Source of the DNA: Anaerolineae bacterium
Lineage (GTDB): Bacteria > Chloroflexota > Anaerolineae > B4-G1 > SLSP01
DNA length: 64,000 nt
Assembly (NCBI GenBank): GCA_049975205.1
Contig: JBNGDL010000003.1
Span: 66,426-130,425, forward strand
Direction: 5' to 3'
Shown here: positions 8,531 to 18,326 of the stretch, piece after piece
How positions within the stretch are numbered: position 1 is the stretch's first letter
How the letters are laid out: each line of letters begins with the position of its first letter
Translations under genes and position numbers: made by a program
Notes under the pieces: generated by a model
Database searches by the model: none
Told to the model about the DNA's origin: nothing
What the model saw: the letters and a program-made list of their open reading frames with translations, nothing else

Positions 8531-10477
8531 CTATCGAGCGCTATCCTCCTGGAGTGCCATGATCGGGAGATAGATCGTAAATCCCTCCGTCAACGTTATG
8601 CTCAGGGTTGTGGTCACGCCGGCCGGTGCCACCACCCCATAGTGCCAGGTAGGAGCGTAACCGGGAAGGGTCGTCGTGACGGTATAGGTGCCCGAGATGA
8701 GCGTCAGAGCGTAAAGGCCCTCTGCGGTGGATTCCCCCCGCCAAGTGCCCTCCGTCGATGCGGCTGCTATGCTTGCACCTACTAAAGGCTCACCGGCTGT
8801 GTCCTGGACCGTTCCTGCAAGCGTGCCTGGCAGGGCCTCCTGAACGGCATGGAGGGCGTCCACACGCCCCCATCCGTAGACGCTGTTGGGAACGGCATCG
8901 GGCGCGTCACCGCACTCGCTGGATGTGCGAGGGACGGCTGTGGCGAACAGCAATCGTTCTGTCGTGGCCAACGCGTCCTTCAGGTCCGGATGGGCCGACC
9001 AGATCAAGGCCGCTGTGCCGGCGACGTGTGGAGCCGCCATCGAGGTTCCCGACATCGTCGTGTAACTCCCCCCAGGGTAACTGGAGACCACGCCGGATCC
9101 CGGTGCGGCAATGTCTGGTTTCACCAGTCCAGACACCGGCCCGCGGCTGCTAAAGCTGGTGACGGTGTCATCAGGGTAGGTCGCGCCCACGGTGGTGGCA
9201 GCATCATAGATCGCTGGTGGCTCTTGAATCGTGCCGCAGCTCGGACCATAGTTCGAGGCGGACACTACAACCAGAATCCCGGCGGCGCGCACGGCTTCGA
9301 CGACCTGCTCCAAGAAGGCGATGTGATACGGATCACAGCCCTCGTCGACGGGGCAGCTCCACGAGTTGTTGACGACGTCCGGAGCTGCGCCAGGGTCACC
9401 CTCGGATGGGTCGCTGCCTACCGGAAAGGGGGCCAGGAAGAACTCGAAGCACTCAGCGTATGAGGCTGGGGTTCCGACCCCCTGATCCATGTTACGGCAA
9501 CCGATCCAGCGCGCTCCAGGCGCCACGCCGATCTGGTTGCCGGCGCTGTCGTCCCCGACGATGGTGCCCATCGTGTGGGTGCCATGTCCGTAATCGTCGC
9601 AGGGGACCGGAGAATCGGGGCCGCAACGCCCTCCACCTTCGTGGATCGCGTCATGCCAGTTGAAGTCGTGGCTTGCCGCCGCTCCATCCCACCCCCGGTA
9701 CTGCGCTTTGAGGGCGGGATGCTCCCACTCATAGCCCGTGTCTTGTCCCGCCACGACAACACCCTCGCCGCGATAGCCCATGGCCCAGACCTCCGGCGCC
9801 TGTATGCGCTCGACGCCCCACGGGATGCCGATAGCCGCTGTCTGAGCGCTGGTTGGAGCGATAGCGGGCTCGATATCGGCAGCGACGCGCGGGTTTGTGG
9901 TGACATGTGCGACGTCGGGGCGGGCGCTTAAAGCGATCAGGGCGTCCCGATCCGCGCTCGTCACGAGCGCGTTGACGATGTAGAGCGAACGATAGGCCAC
10001 ACCCTGTGCCCCAAGCCACGCGCGAAGCGGGCCCTGGGTAGCCTCGGCAAGGGTATGGAGGGCGGTATAGACGGCCTCTCCTCGAGTTACCTTGTCGGCT
10101 CTCAACGGTATCTTGGAGAGGTCGGCCTGTGCTTCGAGCACGATTAGGACTTCCGCCCACGTCTTGGATTCTGTGGCGGCCCAGGCCGCTGGGGAGATCT
10201 TGCCCGACGCCGGGCGTGCCTCGGGTTTGTCGGATGCGCGTGCTGCCTGCGCGTCTGTTACGTACGAAAGGTAGGCACTCGGGGGCATCGAGGGTGGCGA
10301 CGCCCAGAAGGGCAGACGTGCCGGTGGGACTGGCCCGGTGCTGGCGGCGGATCCGGGATGCGCGCCGAATGACAGCCAGACCAGAAGCAGCAAGCATACC
10401 CAGAGCCCAAAACGCCGCCAGCGTAGGCTCAATGATGACACATCGTCTTTCCAAGGCATGGGAATAGATCGTATCAC
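8531..10477 (-). CDS. Secreted subtilisin-like serine peptidase (S8 family) with C-terminal beta-rich extension domains
   Basis: 648 aa. Signal/TM at the N-terminus. Catalytic Asp, His and Ser contexts are present: AGQDTGYEWEHPAL, HGTHTMGTIVGDD and GTSMAAPHVAGTAALIW. Confidence 0.85.
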   Translation of the reverse strand: MIRSIPMPWKDDVSSLSLRWRRFGLWVCLLLLVWLSFGAHPGSAASTGPVPPARLPFWASPPSMPPSAYLSYVTDAQAARASDKPEARPASGKISPAAWAATESKTWAEVLIVLEAQADLSKIPLRADKVTRGEAVYTALHTLAEATQGPLRAWLGAQGVAYRSLYIVNALVTSADRDALIALSARPDVAHVTTNPRVAADIEPAIAPTSAQTAAIGIPWGVERIQAPEVWAMGYRGEGVVVAGQDTGYEWEHPALKAQYRGWDGAAASHDFNWHDAIHEGGGRCGPDSPVPCDDYGHGTHTMGTIVGDDSAGNQIGVAPGARWIGCRNMDQGVGTPASYAECFEFFLAPFPVGSDPSEGDPGAAPDVVNNSWSCPVDEGCDPYHIAFLEQVVEAVRAAGILVVVSASNYGPSCGTIQEPPAIYDAATTVGATYPDDTVTSFSSRGPVSGLVKPDIAAPGSGVVSSYPGGSYTTMSGTSMAAPHVAGTAALIWSAHPDLKDALATTERLLFATAVPRTSSECGDAPDAVPNSVYGWGRVDALHAVQEALPGTLAGTVQDTAGEPLVGASIAAASTEGTWRGESTAEGLYALTLISGTYTVTTTLPGYAPTWHYGVVAPAGVTTTLSITLTEGFTIYLPIMALQEDSAR

Positions 10478-10531
10478 GTGTCGCCAGTCCTGACCATCGC
10501 GTAATGTCGAAGGTGATGTCTCAGGTGCTGG

Positions 10532-12538
10532 TTACCACGTCCTCGTGACCAGCGGAAGGGCGACGGTGGCCCACAGCGCGTGCGTCTCCACGACAGCTGT
10601 CGCCTCGAACCACGGCGCCGCGACATGGCGCGCCGTGATGGTCAGGGTCTCTGGATCTGGGAATTGGCCCACGGATGGAATGCTCACCGTGACAAAGACC
10701 GGCACCGTGGACCCGGGCGAAAGGTAGGTCGTCGTCGGGACGAGAGTGCTGAACCAGGTCGCGTCTGTGGCGGTCAGAACGACGGTTCGCGAGAGTGTCT
10801 CAGCGTTGGTCAGGTCCAAGCGATGGACCACCGTTTCTCCCAGGCTCGCCGAGTTTTCGGATCTCAAGGGTGTGAGCGTCAGGTCATCGGTGACGAAGGC
10901 CGCCGACACGGGGCCCCAAGCCCCATTCGCATCCTGCCCTCGGACGAAGACGAGGTGCTGTCCTGGGGTGAGGCCATCGACGAGGAGCGTGCTGCCTGCC
11001 TCCTCGATGGCCTCATCGTAGGCGCCGTCAAGGGCCTCCAAGCTATGGCCCTCGCCCCCGTCCCACGGGGGAACATCGAGATAGGCCTCGGCGCGTGCGA
11101 TGGCTTCGCCGCCGTTGTCCCTGCCATCGATGTGCGTCGTCACGACGACGGTCGCAACCTCACCCTGTGGGCCGAAGGCCGCGCTGACGTCCAACGCATC
11201 GGGCCCACTCGGCAGCAGGTAGGGCGCGCGCGCGACCTGTGCAGCATAGAGGAGGGCCGCGATATTTGGCTGGATCAGTGCGTCATAGCGATCGCAGGAA
11301 GGATAGAACCCATCCGCGCCACTGCCGATTTCGAAGGTGTATGAGGCGACGCCCAGGTCGCCATAGGCGAAGTCATCGGTCGTGCCCGTAGTTGGGTAGA
11401 GTAGAACGGCCTGCTGTGCCGTGTAGCCGTTGAAGGTAGCGAGCTTATGGCCTAAGCGCGCCAACCCTTCGCTGTTGGGCGCCGGCTTCGATGTGTAGCC
11501 CCAAGGCCAGAGCACCAGGTTACTGTAACTGTGAAGCGTGATGAAAAGTCCCTTCGTGTCCGTAGGTGCGGGGGTGGTGTCGTCGTCCGGTCGCCGATCG
11601 GGAAAGAGCGTTTGGAGGAAGGCTTGCACGGCCTGCGTCTCGGTCTCTGAGACGGCGTAAGGTCCTTGATAGGTCTCGGCGCACGGGTAAACGCTGGCGC
11701 CACCCCAATGGTAGCTGGAGTTTCGGTTGAGGTCGACGCCGAAGGTCGTATCGCTGCAGTTGCCATTGGTTGGATTTGCGTTCTTGCGCCAGTAGACCCA
11801 CGGCTCCCCTACCTCGTTGCGGACGTGTCCATCGGGATTGGCGCTGACCATCACCTCGATGCGGACGTGGTCCAGCAAGGCCGTGATATCCGGATCCACG
11901 GCGTACCGCGTCAGCAGCGTCTCAATGAAGACCATGGCTGTCTCCGGCGTGATCAGCTCACGTCCGTGAATATTGGCCATGAGAAAGAAGATCGGCTTGT
12001 TCGTGCCCGTGGCCTCGTTCGTCAGCTGCATCGCGTAGAGGGGACGTTTCTCGTAGCTGGTGCCCACGGACCGGAGTTCTGAGAGCTCCGGATAAGTCGC
12101 AGCCCACAATTCGAGTTGGGAAGTTAGCTCGGCGATGGTTCGGTAGCACGAATAGTCAGGGATCGTCTCTGGCTCCGAGATCGAGAGGGTAGCTGACTCG
12201 TAAGAAAAGGCCTGCGCGCCTAGCCAGACCCTGTCAGCCGGCGTCACGCCGGCGACAAGGTAGCCGGCCCCGCTCTCTCGTGCGCGCTCGTCGCGTACGA
12301 TCTCCCAGATGTCCAGACGTTGGGCGAGTGACGTGAGTTCTGCTTGGCTGGTGAAGGCGATGTGCAGAGGCTCTGAACGGTCGGGCGCGTGTGAGGGAGC
12401 GTGCGGCGTAGGCCAAAGGACTGCACGCGTCTCGATCGGCCCGCCCAGCGCCGACTGGGCCGGGCCTGGTGTGGAGATACAAAGTAGCAGGGTGAGGAGT
12501 AGTAGAGTGGTACGGCAGGCCAGACTGGAACCCCTCAT
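10532..12538 (-). CDS. Secreted M14 zinc carboxypeptidase (carboxypeptidase T/A-like) with C-terminal extension domains
   Basis: 668 aa. Signal peptide. Zn-binding context FFLMANIHGRELITPE (HxxE), LHSYSNLVLWPWGYT and FTFEIG (catalytic Glu). Confidence 0.85.
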   Translation of the reverse strand: MRGSSLACRTTLLLLTLLLCISTPGPAQSALGGPIETRAVLWPTPHAPSHAPDRSEPLHIAFTSQAELTSLAQRLDIWEIVRDERARESGAGYLVAGVTPADRVWLGAQAFSYESATLSISEPETIPDYSCYRTIAELTSQLELWAATYPELSELRSVGTSYEKRPLYAMQLTNEATGTNKPIFFLMANIHGRELITPETAMVFIETLLTRYAVDPDITALLDHVRIEVMVSANPDGHVRNEVGEPWVYWRKNANPTNGNCSDTTFGVDLNRNSSYHWGGASVYPCAETYQGPYAVSETETQAVQAFLQTLFPDRRPDDDTTPAPTDTKGLFITLHSYSNLVLWPWGYTSKPAPNSEGLARLGHKLATFNGYTAQQAVLLYPTTGTTDDFAYGDLGVASYTFEIGSGADGFYPSCDRYDALIQPNIAALLYAAQVARAPYLLPSGPDALDVSAAFGPQGEVATVVVTTHIDGRDNGGEAIARAEAYLDVPPWDGGEGHSLEALDGAYDEAIEEAGSTLLVDGLTPGQHLVFVRGQDANGAWGPVSAAFVTDDLTLTPLRSENSASLGETVVHRLDLTNAETLSRTVVLTATDATWFSTLVPTTTYLSPGSTVPVFVTVSIPSVGQFPDPETLTITARHVAAPWFEATAVVETHALWATVALPLVTRTW

Positions 12539-12555
12539 GGCCTGGTTCCTTGGCG

Positions 12556-13212
12556 TTAGGCCGTCGTCAGGCGATATCCGACGCCCCGCTTCGTCTCGAT
12601 TTCGAAGGGGGCCTCAAGCTGGCTTAGGGTCTTTCGAAGCCAGTGAATGTGGACATCCAACGTGCGGGTATCGCCCATATAGTCTGTGCCCCAGACTTCC
12701 TTCATAAGCTTCTCCCGGGTCACGACTTCCTCAGAAGCAGAGAGCAGCACCAGCGCGAGCGCGGCCTGTTTGGGCGTCAGCGGCAGCTGTCGTCCGCGCC
12801 AGATCAAGAACCGGTTTTCCGTGTCGAGACAGAGGCCCTGCCACTCCGTCGTCTCCCGCGGTCCTGTGGGGACAATCCGACTCAGCCGGCGCATCAATTG
12901 GCGGGCGGTGAAGGGGTAACGAAGATAGCCATTGGCACGAGGCATTTGGTCGAGCCGCATACCTTTGCCGAGCAGTAGGAAGGTCGTCATCTGCACGGGA
13001 AGATCCTCAAAGGCCTGGAAGAATCGCTCGACATCGAAGCGGATCGAGGGCACGTCCACGAGGACAAGGTCCGGCGGCTCGGCCTCAATGAGGCTGAGGG
13101 CGTCACGGCGCAACTGCGCTATCGTCACTGCATACCGCTCTTCGAGACTTGGGGCGAACCGCCGCTCGACCGATCGGTGTGCGACGACGAAGAGAATGTG
13201 CTGGCGATCCAA
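12556..13212 (-). CDS. OmpR-family winged-helix regulator with an atypical receiver domain
   Basis: The C-terminus is a trans_reg_C winged helix (TPKQAALALVLL...REKLMKEVWG...TLDVHIHWLRKTL...VGYRL). The N-terminal receiver-like domain has a divergent acidic pocket. Confidence 0.65.
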   Translation of the reverse strand: MDRQHILFVVAHRSVERRFAPSLEERYAVTIAQLRRDALSLIEAEPPDLVLVDVPSIRFDVERFFQAFEDLPVQMTTFLLLGKGMRLDQMPRANGYLRYPFTARQLMRRLSRIVPTGPRETTEWQGLCLDTENRFLIWRGRQLPLTPKQAALALVLLSASEEVVTREKLMKEVWGTDYMGDTRTLDVHIHWLRKTLSQLEAPFEIETKRGVGYRLTTA

Positions 13213-13358
13213 AAACGTGACTCCTTCTCTCGGGCCGAGGCCTTCCGGGATGCTTTTCTAGTATACGCCCACTGAAGTAGGACACAAATTACCTCCCAGA
13301 GTTGACGTGCCTCATGATACGGCTATCATACTTTGCGCAGCCCCCTGATTGATCCTGA

Positions 13359-15425
13359 ATGGGAGACCTGGTGACACTGGCCGTTGAAGTCCATGATCTG
13401 ACGAAGCGTTTTGCTGGGACGCGTCTTACGGTCCCACGTCTCTGGTCGCGTCACGCGGATGATCGACAGCGGACCGAGGATCAGGACACGCTGGCTGTGG
13501 ACCGCGTCTCCCTCGGTGTCCATCGAGGCGAGATCTTTGGCCTGATGGGCCCCAACGGCGCCGGGAAGACCACGCTGGTCAAGATGCTGGCTACGTTGAT
13601 CCTGCCCACCTCGGGCAGCGCCATCGTGAATGGGTACCCGCTGACCTGCCCCGACGAGATCAAGGCGTCTATCGGGCTGATGACGTGCAACGAACGCAGC
13701 TTCTATCCGCGGCTCTCTTGCCGCGAGAATCTGCGTTTCTACGGCGGATTGTCCCAGCTTAGCTCAACGCAAGTCGAGGCCAAGATCACGTGGCTCTCCG
13801 AGATGCTCGAGCTGAACGACTTCCTGGACAAGCGTTATGATCGCTGCTCGACCGGGATGAAGCACCGGTTGGCCTTGGCCCGGGCCCTGCTCAATGACGC
13901 CAGCCTGCTCTTTCTCGATGAGCCGACGGTCTCACTTGATCCGGTGGCGGCCCACCAATTCCGGGAGCGCCTCTATAGCCTAGTCCAGCAGGAGGCCCGC
14001 ACGGTCTTCATGGTCACTCACAATCTGGACGAGGCTGAGGTTCTCTGCGACCGCGTCGCGGTCATGCTCCAGGGACGGCTGTGGCCCGTCGGGTCGCCAG
14101 AACGGCTGCGGGCGCTGCTCACGTCCGAGACCCGGTGCAACTTACGCGTGCGGGGGTACACACCCTCGCTCGCGGATCAACTGCGGGACGTCGAGGCAGT
14201 TGTCGGGCTCACCGAGCACGGCACCAGCGGCGGCATCACGCACCTGGAGATCCAGTTGGAGAACCGCAAACGCGCGCTCCCTGGCGTGGTGGCGACCGTT
14301 GAGGCGGGTGGGGCGGAGTTGGAGGGGCTGGATCTCGCGACTCCTTCATGGGATCAAGTTGCCGAAAGGCTGACCATAGAATCCCCAGAACCATCCCGTC
14401 CGGCAGTTTCGGCTGCATCGACCTTGACCACGACCCCGCGTACTACGGTGGCATCTCAGGTGTCTGATGGGGGGGATGTTAATATGGCCACATCCGAGAT
14501 CAGGCCCGGTCTCGGGGTGCATGGAGCGGACTCTTCTCCCGCCTCGAAGGGGGCCTTCGGCACCTGGCTCGCTCGGCTGGCGCTGCCAAGGCTTTCCCTG
14601 CGCTCGCGCCTTGAGGAGCTGGCGCGCACACTGCCCCTCTTCTTCAAGCGCGACCTGCGCACGCAGTTGAGCTATCGCCTCTCCTTTCTACTTCAGTTGA
14701 TCGGCATCCTCTTCTCCATCGCCAGCTACTACTTCGTCGGTCAGGTCTTCGGGATGGCAGCCAGTCCCTACCTCCAGGCGTACGGCGGGGACTATTTCTC
14801 CTTTGTTCTGATCGGTATTGCTTTCGTCGGCTATCAGGGCGTCGCACTTTATGGTTTCTCAAGTGTCATCCAGTCGGCGCAGTCCGCGGGCACTTTGGAA
14901 GCGATGCTCACGACTCCGACCCGCCTAAGCGCTATCTTGCTCGGCTCCAGCGTCTGGGACTTCGCCTTTACCTCGTTGCGCGTCGTTCTCTATCTGGTGG
15001 CTGGCGCGGTCCTATTTGGGGCGCAGTTTGGGGAGGCCAATCTATTGGCTGCCTTGATCATCCTCGTCCTTACCGTCACGAGCCTCGGGGCTATCGGCAT
15101 TCTCTCGGCGTCATTCATCATGGCGTTCAAGCGAGGCAACCCCATCAATTTCCTGATTGGTGGCGTTTCCGTGTTGTTGGGGGGTGTCTATTACCCCGTG
15201 GAGGTGCTCCCTCGGTGGCTTCAGACCTTGGCTCGTTTCTACCCGCTGACGACCTCGTTGCAGGGTATGCGCCGGGCGCTGCTCAGCGGTGCGCCGCCAA
15301 CGGCGCTAATGGGCGAGATTGGCGTGCTTATTCTCTTTTCTGTAGTTCTTCTGCCTCTCGGGTTGCTTGCCTTCAGCTATGCTGTCCGCCAGGCTAAGCG
15401 CGATGGCAGCCTGACGCAATTCTAG
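13359..15425 (+). CDS. Fused ABC transporter: ATP-binding domain plus ABC-2-type permease domain in one polypeptide
   Basis: 688 aa. Walker A GPNGAGKTT, signature STGMKHRLALARAL and Walker B LLFLDEPT. A Pro/Ser/Thr-rich linker follows, then a six-TM ABC-2 permease domain at about residues 420-688. Confidence 0.8.
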   Translation: MGDLVTLAVEVHDLTKRFAGTRLTVPRLWSRHADDRQRTEDQDTLAVDRVSLGVHRGEIFGLMGPNGAGKTTLVKMLATLILPTSGSAIVNGYPLTCPDEIKASIGLMTCNERSFYPRLSCRENLRFYGGLSQLSSTQVEAKITWLSEMLELNDFLDKRYDRCSTGMKHRLALARALLNDASLLFLDEPTVSLDPVAAHQFRERLYSLVQQEARTVFMVTHNLDEAEVLCDRVAVMLQGRLWPVGSPERLRALLTSETRCNLRVRGYTPSLADQLRDVEAVVGLTEHGTSGGITHLEIQLENRKRALPGVVATVEAGGAELEGLDLATPSWDQVAERLTIESPEPSRPAVSAASTLTTTPRTTVASQVSDGGDVNMATSEIRPGLGVHGADSSPASKGAFGTWLARLALPRLSLRSRLEELARTLPLFFKRDLRTQLSYRLSFLLQLIGILFSIASYYFVGQVFGMAASPYLQAYGGDYFSFVLIGIAFVGYQGVALYGFSSVIQSAQSAGTLEAMLTTPTRLSAILLGSSVWDFAFTSLRVVLYLVAGAVLFGAQFGEANLLAALIILVLTVTSLGAIGILSASFIMAFKRGNPINFLIGGVSVLLGGVYYPVEVLPRWLQTLARFYPLTTSLQGMRRALLSGAPPTALMGEIGVLILFSVVLLPLGLLAFSYAVRQAKRDGSLTQF

Positions 15426-15458
15426 AGAACACCACGGGCTGTCTATGGACACCGGATC

Positions 15459-16631
15459 ATGATGACCCAAGAAGAAGCACTGTACACGGAAGCGATCCTC
15501 CTTGGTCTCCGGGCCCGGCACGATCCCACAGCGCTGGTGGCGCTGCAGAATCTATTGGCGACGCCTGGCTTCGACCCGGCTATCTTTCAGGAGCGGGCGC
15601 TTCACGAGGGGGTTGCCCCCCTCCTCTATGTCACGCTTCGGGGGCGCGGTGTGCTACCGTCGACTCTGGAGACGTCGCTGCGTAGAAGCTACCTCGCGTT
15701 AGCAGGACGCAACCTCCTCGTCTTTCGGGAGTTGTCTCGTGTGCTTCGTGGCTTGTCAGACGCAGGCATCGAAGTTGTCATCTTGAAGGGCGGCGCGCTG
15801 GCGGAAGCCGTCTATGGAAATATCGCCGTCCGTCCTATGTGCGACATCGACCTGTTGATCCGGCGCTCGGCCGTGCCAGCTGCCCTGGAGGTGCTGCGCG
15901 CGGAGGGCTATGAGGCAAACGAGCGCGAGGCGCGGGCCGGGGATACGTTGACCTACGAGAATGAGATCATGCTGCGGCGAGCCGGAGGCGCTCCGCAGAT
16001 GTTGCTGGAGGTTCACTGGAGCCTGCTCGACTCCCCCCATCACCAGCAGGTCATCCCAATGGATTGGTTTTGGCAGACCACTCGGCCCATTGAGATTGAA
16101 GGCGTCCCAGCCAAGGCGTTGGGAGTTGAGGCCCAGATTCTGCACCTCTGTGGGCACCTCCTTTTGCACCACGGTAGCGGCGAGGTCCTCCGTCTGCTCT
16201 GGCTCCATGACATCGCCGAGGTCATCCATTCGGCGGCGGAGGTTGATTGGGAGCTATTGGCTGCACAGGCCGGTGCTTGTGACCTTGTGCTGCCGGTTCA
16301 AGATGTGATGGAGGAGCTCGTCGATCGATGGCATCTGCCTGTGCCCGATCATGCCGTGGCCCAGCTTCGAGCGCTGGAGCCATCCGCCGATGAGGCGCGC
16401 GTCTTTGCCTGGCTGACCGCCCCACAGCGCCCTGTGGCCCAACGCTTTGCCGCAGACCTTGCGGCTTTGTCCGACTGGCGGACGCGGGTGCGTTATGCGT
16501 ATCACAGCCTCTTTCCATCGCCTTCCTACATTATGAAGCGGTATGGACTCCCTCGCTGGCTGGTGCCGATCGGCTATCCTTACCGGTGGGTGTTGGGCCT
16601 GTGGAGCTGGTTGGCCCGACGGCGTCGTTAA
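15459..16631 (+). CDS. Uncharacterised nucleotidyltransferase-family protein (NTP_transf_5-like)
   Basis: 390 aa. Core VVILKGGALAEAVYGNIAVRPMCDIDLLI resembles the GS-x-D-x-D nucleotidyltransferase fold of the PF14907-type family. The start lies 34 nt after the ABC fusion gene. Confidence 0.5.
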   Translation: MMTQEEALYTEAILLGLRARHDPTALVALQNLLATPGFDPAIFQERALHEGVAPLLYVTLRGRGVLPSTLETSLRRSYLALAGRNLLVFRELSRVLRGLSDAGIEVVILKGGALAEAVYGNIAVRPMCDIDLLIRRSAVPAALEVLRAEGYEANEREARAGDTLTYENEIMLRRAGGAPQMLLEVHWSLLDSPHHQQVIPMDWFWQTTRPIEIEGVPAKALGVEAQILHLCGHLLLHHGSGEVLRLLWLHDIAEVIHSAAEVDWELLAAQAGACDLVLPVQDVMEELVDRWHLPVPDHAVAQLRALEPSADEARVFAWLTAPQRPVAQRFAADLAALSDWRTRVRYAYHSLFPSPSYIMKRYGLPRWLVPIGYPYRWVLGLWSWLARRRR

Positions 16632-16772
16632 GGCCCCAGCCTCCCCGGTCGCCGTCACTTCCTCGCCTTCGGACCAGGATGTCCTAATGAGGGGATGGCG
16701 ACCCGCATTTGACCTCTTGATGCTTTCGCCCACAATGGTCGCAGGGATAGCCTCGAGGCAAGGAGCAAGGTT

Positions 16773-18308
16773 ATGCATATCGCATTTCTTAACCCCCAAG
16801 GGAACTTTGACCCCCAGGACAGTTATTGGACTGAGCATCCTGATTTCGGCGGGCAGTTAGTCTATGTGAAGCAGGTGGCTCTGGCAATGGAAGAGATGGG
16901 CCATACTGTCGATATTCTGACACGTCACATTATCGACCCCGAATGGCCTGAGTTCAGCGAGCCCATCGACCACTATAGAGGGGCGCCTGGGTTGCGCATC
17001 CTGCGCTTTCGGGCCGGTCCGGACGAGTTTATGCGCAAAGAGCTCCTCTGGCCGCACTTGGTGCGCGATTTCGTGCCAAACCTCCTCGCGTTTTACCGCG
17101 AAGAAGGGAGGTTGCCGGATGCCTTCACCGGTCACTATGGGGATGGGGGACTCTGCGGTGTCCTGATCGAGGATGAGACCGGTGTTCCCTTCACCTTTAC
17201 GGCTCACTCTCTGGGCGCGCAGAAGATGGATAAGCTCGGTGTCACCCCTGAGAACCTGGCGGAGGTGGACGCTCATTATCACTTCGCGCGTCGCCTCGTC
17301 GCCGAGCGCTTGAGCATGAATCGCTCAGGCATCAACATCACCAGTACACATCAGGAGCGACGCGAGCAATATGCGCACATTGCGTATCGGGATGCGGTCG
17401 ACGTGGATGATGACCGGCGCTTTGCCGTGATCCCCCCTGGTGTCAACCTGGAGATCTTCGGCAAAGACGTCACCAACTCAGAAGAGGTGGAGACCCACGC
17501 CCACGTTCGGGAGATGTTGGCCCGCGACCTTAGCCACGACCGTCAAGAGCTTCCCGCGATCATCGCCTCCAGCCGGCTTGATCCCAAGAAGAATCACATT
17601 GGCCTCGTTCGTGCCTTTGCAGAGAGTCCGTCGTTGCAGGAAAAGGCTAACCTTGTGCTGTTCATCGGCGGTCTCTCCAATCCCTTGCGTGAGGACGGCG
17701 GCGCTAGCGAAACCGAGCAGGAGGTCCTGAACGAGATCCGTCAAGTCGTCGAGGACCATGATCTGCGAGGGAAGATCAGTGCCTTTGCCCTCCGAGGTCA
17801 ACCGGCGCTGGCTGCGGCCTATCGCTTCTTTGCCGAACAGGGCTCCGTCTTCGCGCTGACTGCGCTTTACGAACCCTTTGGCCTCGCTCCCTTGGAGGCT
17901 GCTGCCGCCGGGCTTCCGCTGGTGGTGACTCAGAACGGGGGTCCCAGCGAGAGCCTCCGCGAGGATGGCACGGAATATGGCGTACTCGTCAACCCAACGG
18001 ATTTTGACGACATCGCGCAGGGCTTGCTGCGGCTGTTGGGAGATCGCGAGTCCTGGGAAACCTTCGCGCGCCGGGGACGCCAGCGCGTCCTCGACCGCTA
18101 TACGTGGGAGCGCACCGCCGAGGGTTACCTCGATCAGATAGAGATGATTGTCGCCCATCCGGGGGCCCGCCGTCCCGCTTCACTGTTGCCCCTTCATCCC
18201 TACTTCAAGAAGCCCATTCCCGAACACGATGTTACGTTGGCGGAGCTGCACGCCCTCTATTTCGTCGGATTGGGGCAGGAGGAAGAAGGGGTCGGGGATA
18301 CGACCTAA
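16773..18308 (+). CDS. sps: Sucrose-phosphate synthase, GT-B glucosyltransferase domain only (Halothermothrix-type SPS)
   Basis: N-terminus HIAFLNPQGNFDPQDSYWTEHPDFGGQLVYVKQVALAMEEMGH...HYGDGG...FTFTAHSLGAQKMDKLG. From memory this is near-colinear with bacterial SPS (GT4). There is no SPP phosphatase domain. Confidence 0.8.
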   Translation: MHIAFLNPQGNFDPQDSYWTEHPDFGGQLVYVKQVALAMEEMGHTVDILTRHIIDPEWPEFSEPIDHYRGAPGLRILRFRAGPDEFMRKELLWPHLVRDFVPNLLAFYREEGRLPDAFTGHYGDGGLCGVLIEDETGVPFTFTAHSLGAQKMDKLGVTPENLAEVDAHYHFARRLVAERLSMNRSGINITSTHQERREQYAHIAYRDAVDVDDDRRFAVIPPGVNLEIFGKDVTNSEEVETHAHVREMLARDLSHDRQELPAIIASSRLDPKKNHIGLVRAFAESPSLQEKANLVLFIGGLSNPLREDGGASETEQEVLNEIRQVVEDHDLRGKISAFALRGQPALAAAYRFFAEQGSVFALTALYEPFGLAPLEAAAAGLPLVVTQNGGPSESLREDGTEYGVLVNPTDFDDIAQGLLRLLGDRESWETFARRGRQRVLDRYTWERTAEGYLDQIEMIVAHPGARRPASLLPLHPYFKKPIPEHDVTLAELHALYFVGLGQEEEGVGDTT

Positions 18309-18326
18309 TATCTAGAGGAGACGGTC

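Noticed and set aside
8849-10454. Long + strand ORFs (8849-9463, 9575-9931, 10129-10467) and the - strand ORF 9729-10454 inside the S8 protease gene
   Set aside because: They are antisense to, or out of frame with, a gene that has complete S8 catalytic motifs. The proteins are Arg/Pro-rich low-complexity artefacts of the high GC content.
10580-11344. A 254-aa + strand ORF inside the M14 carboxypeptidase gene
   Set aside because: Antisense to a well-supported peptidase. It has no motifs and an Arg-rich composition typical of spurious GC-rich ORFs.
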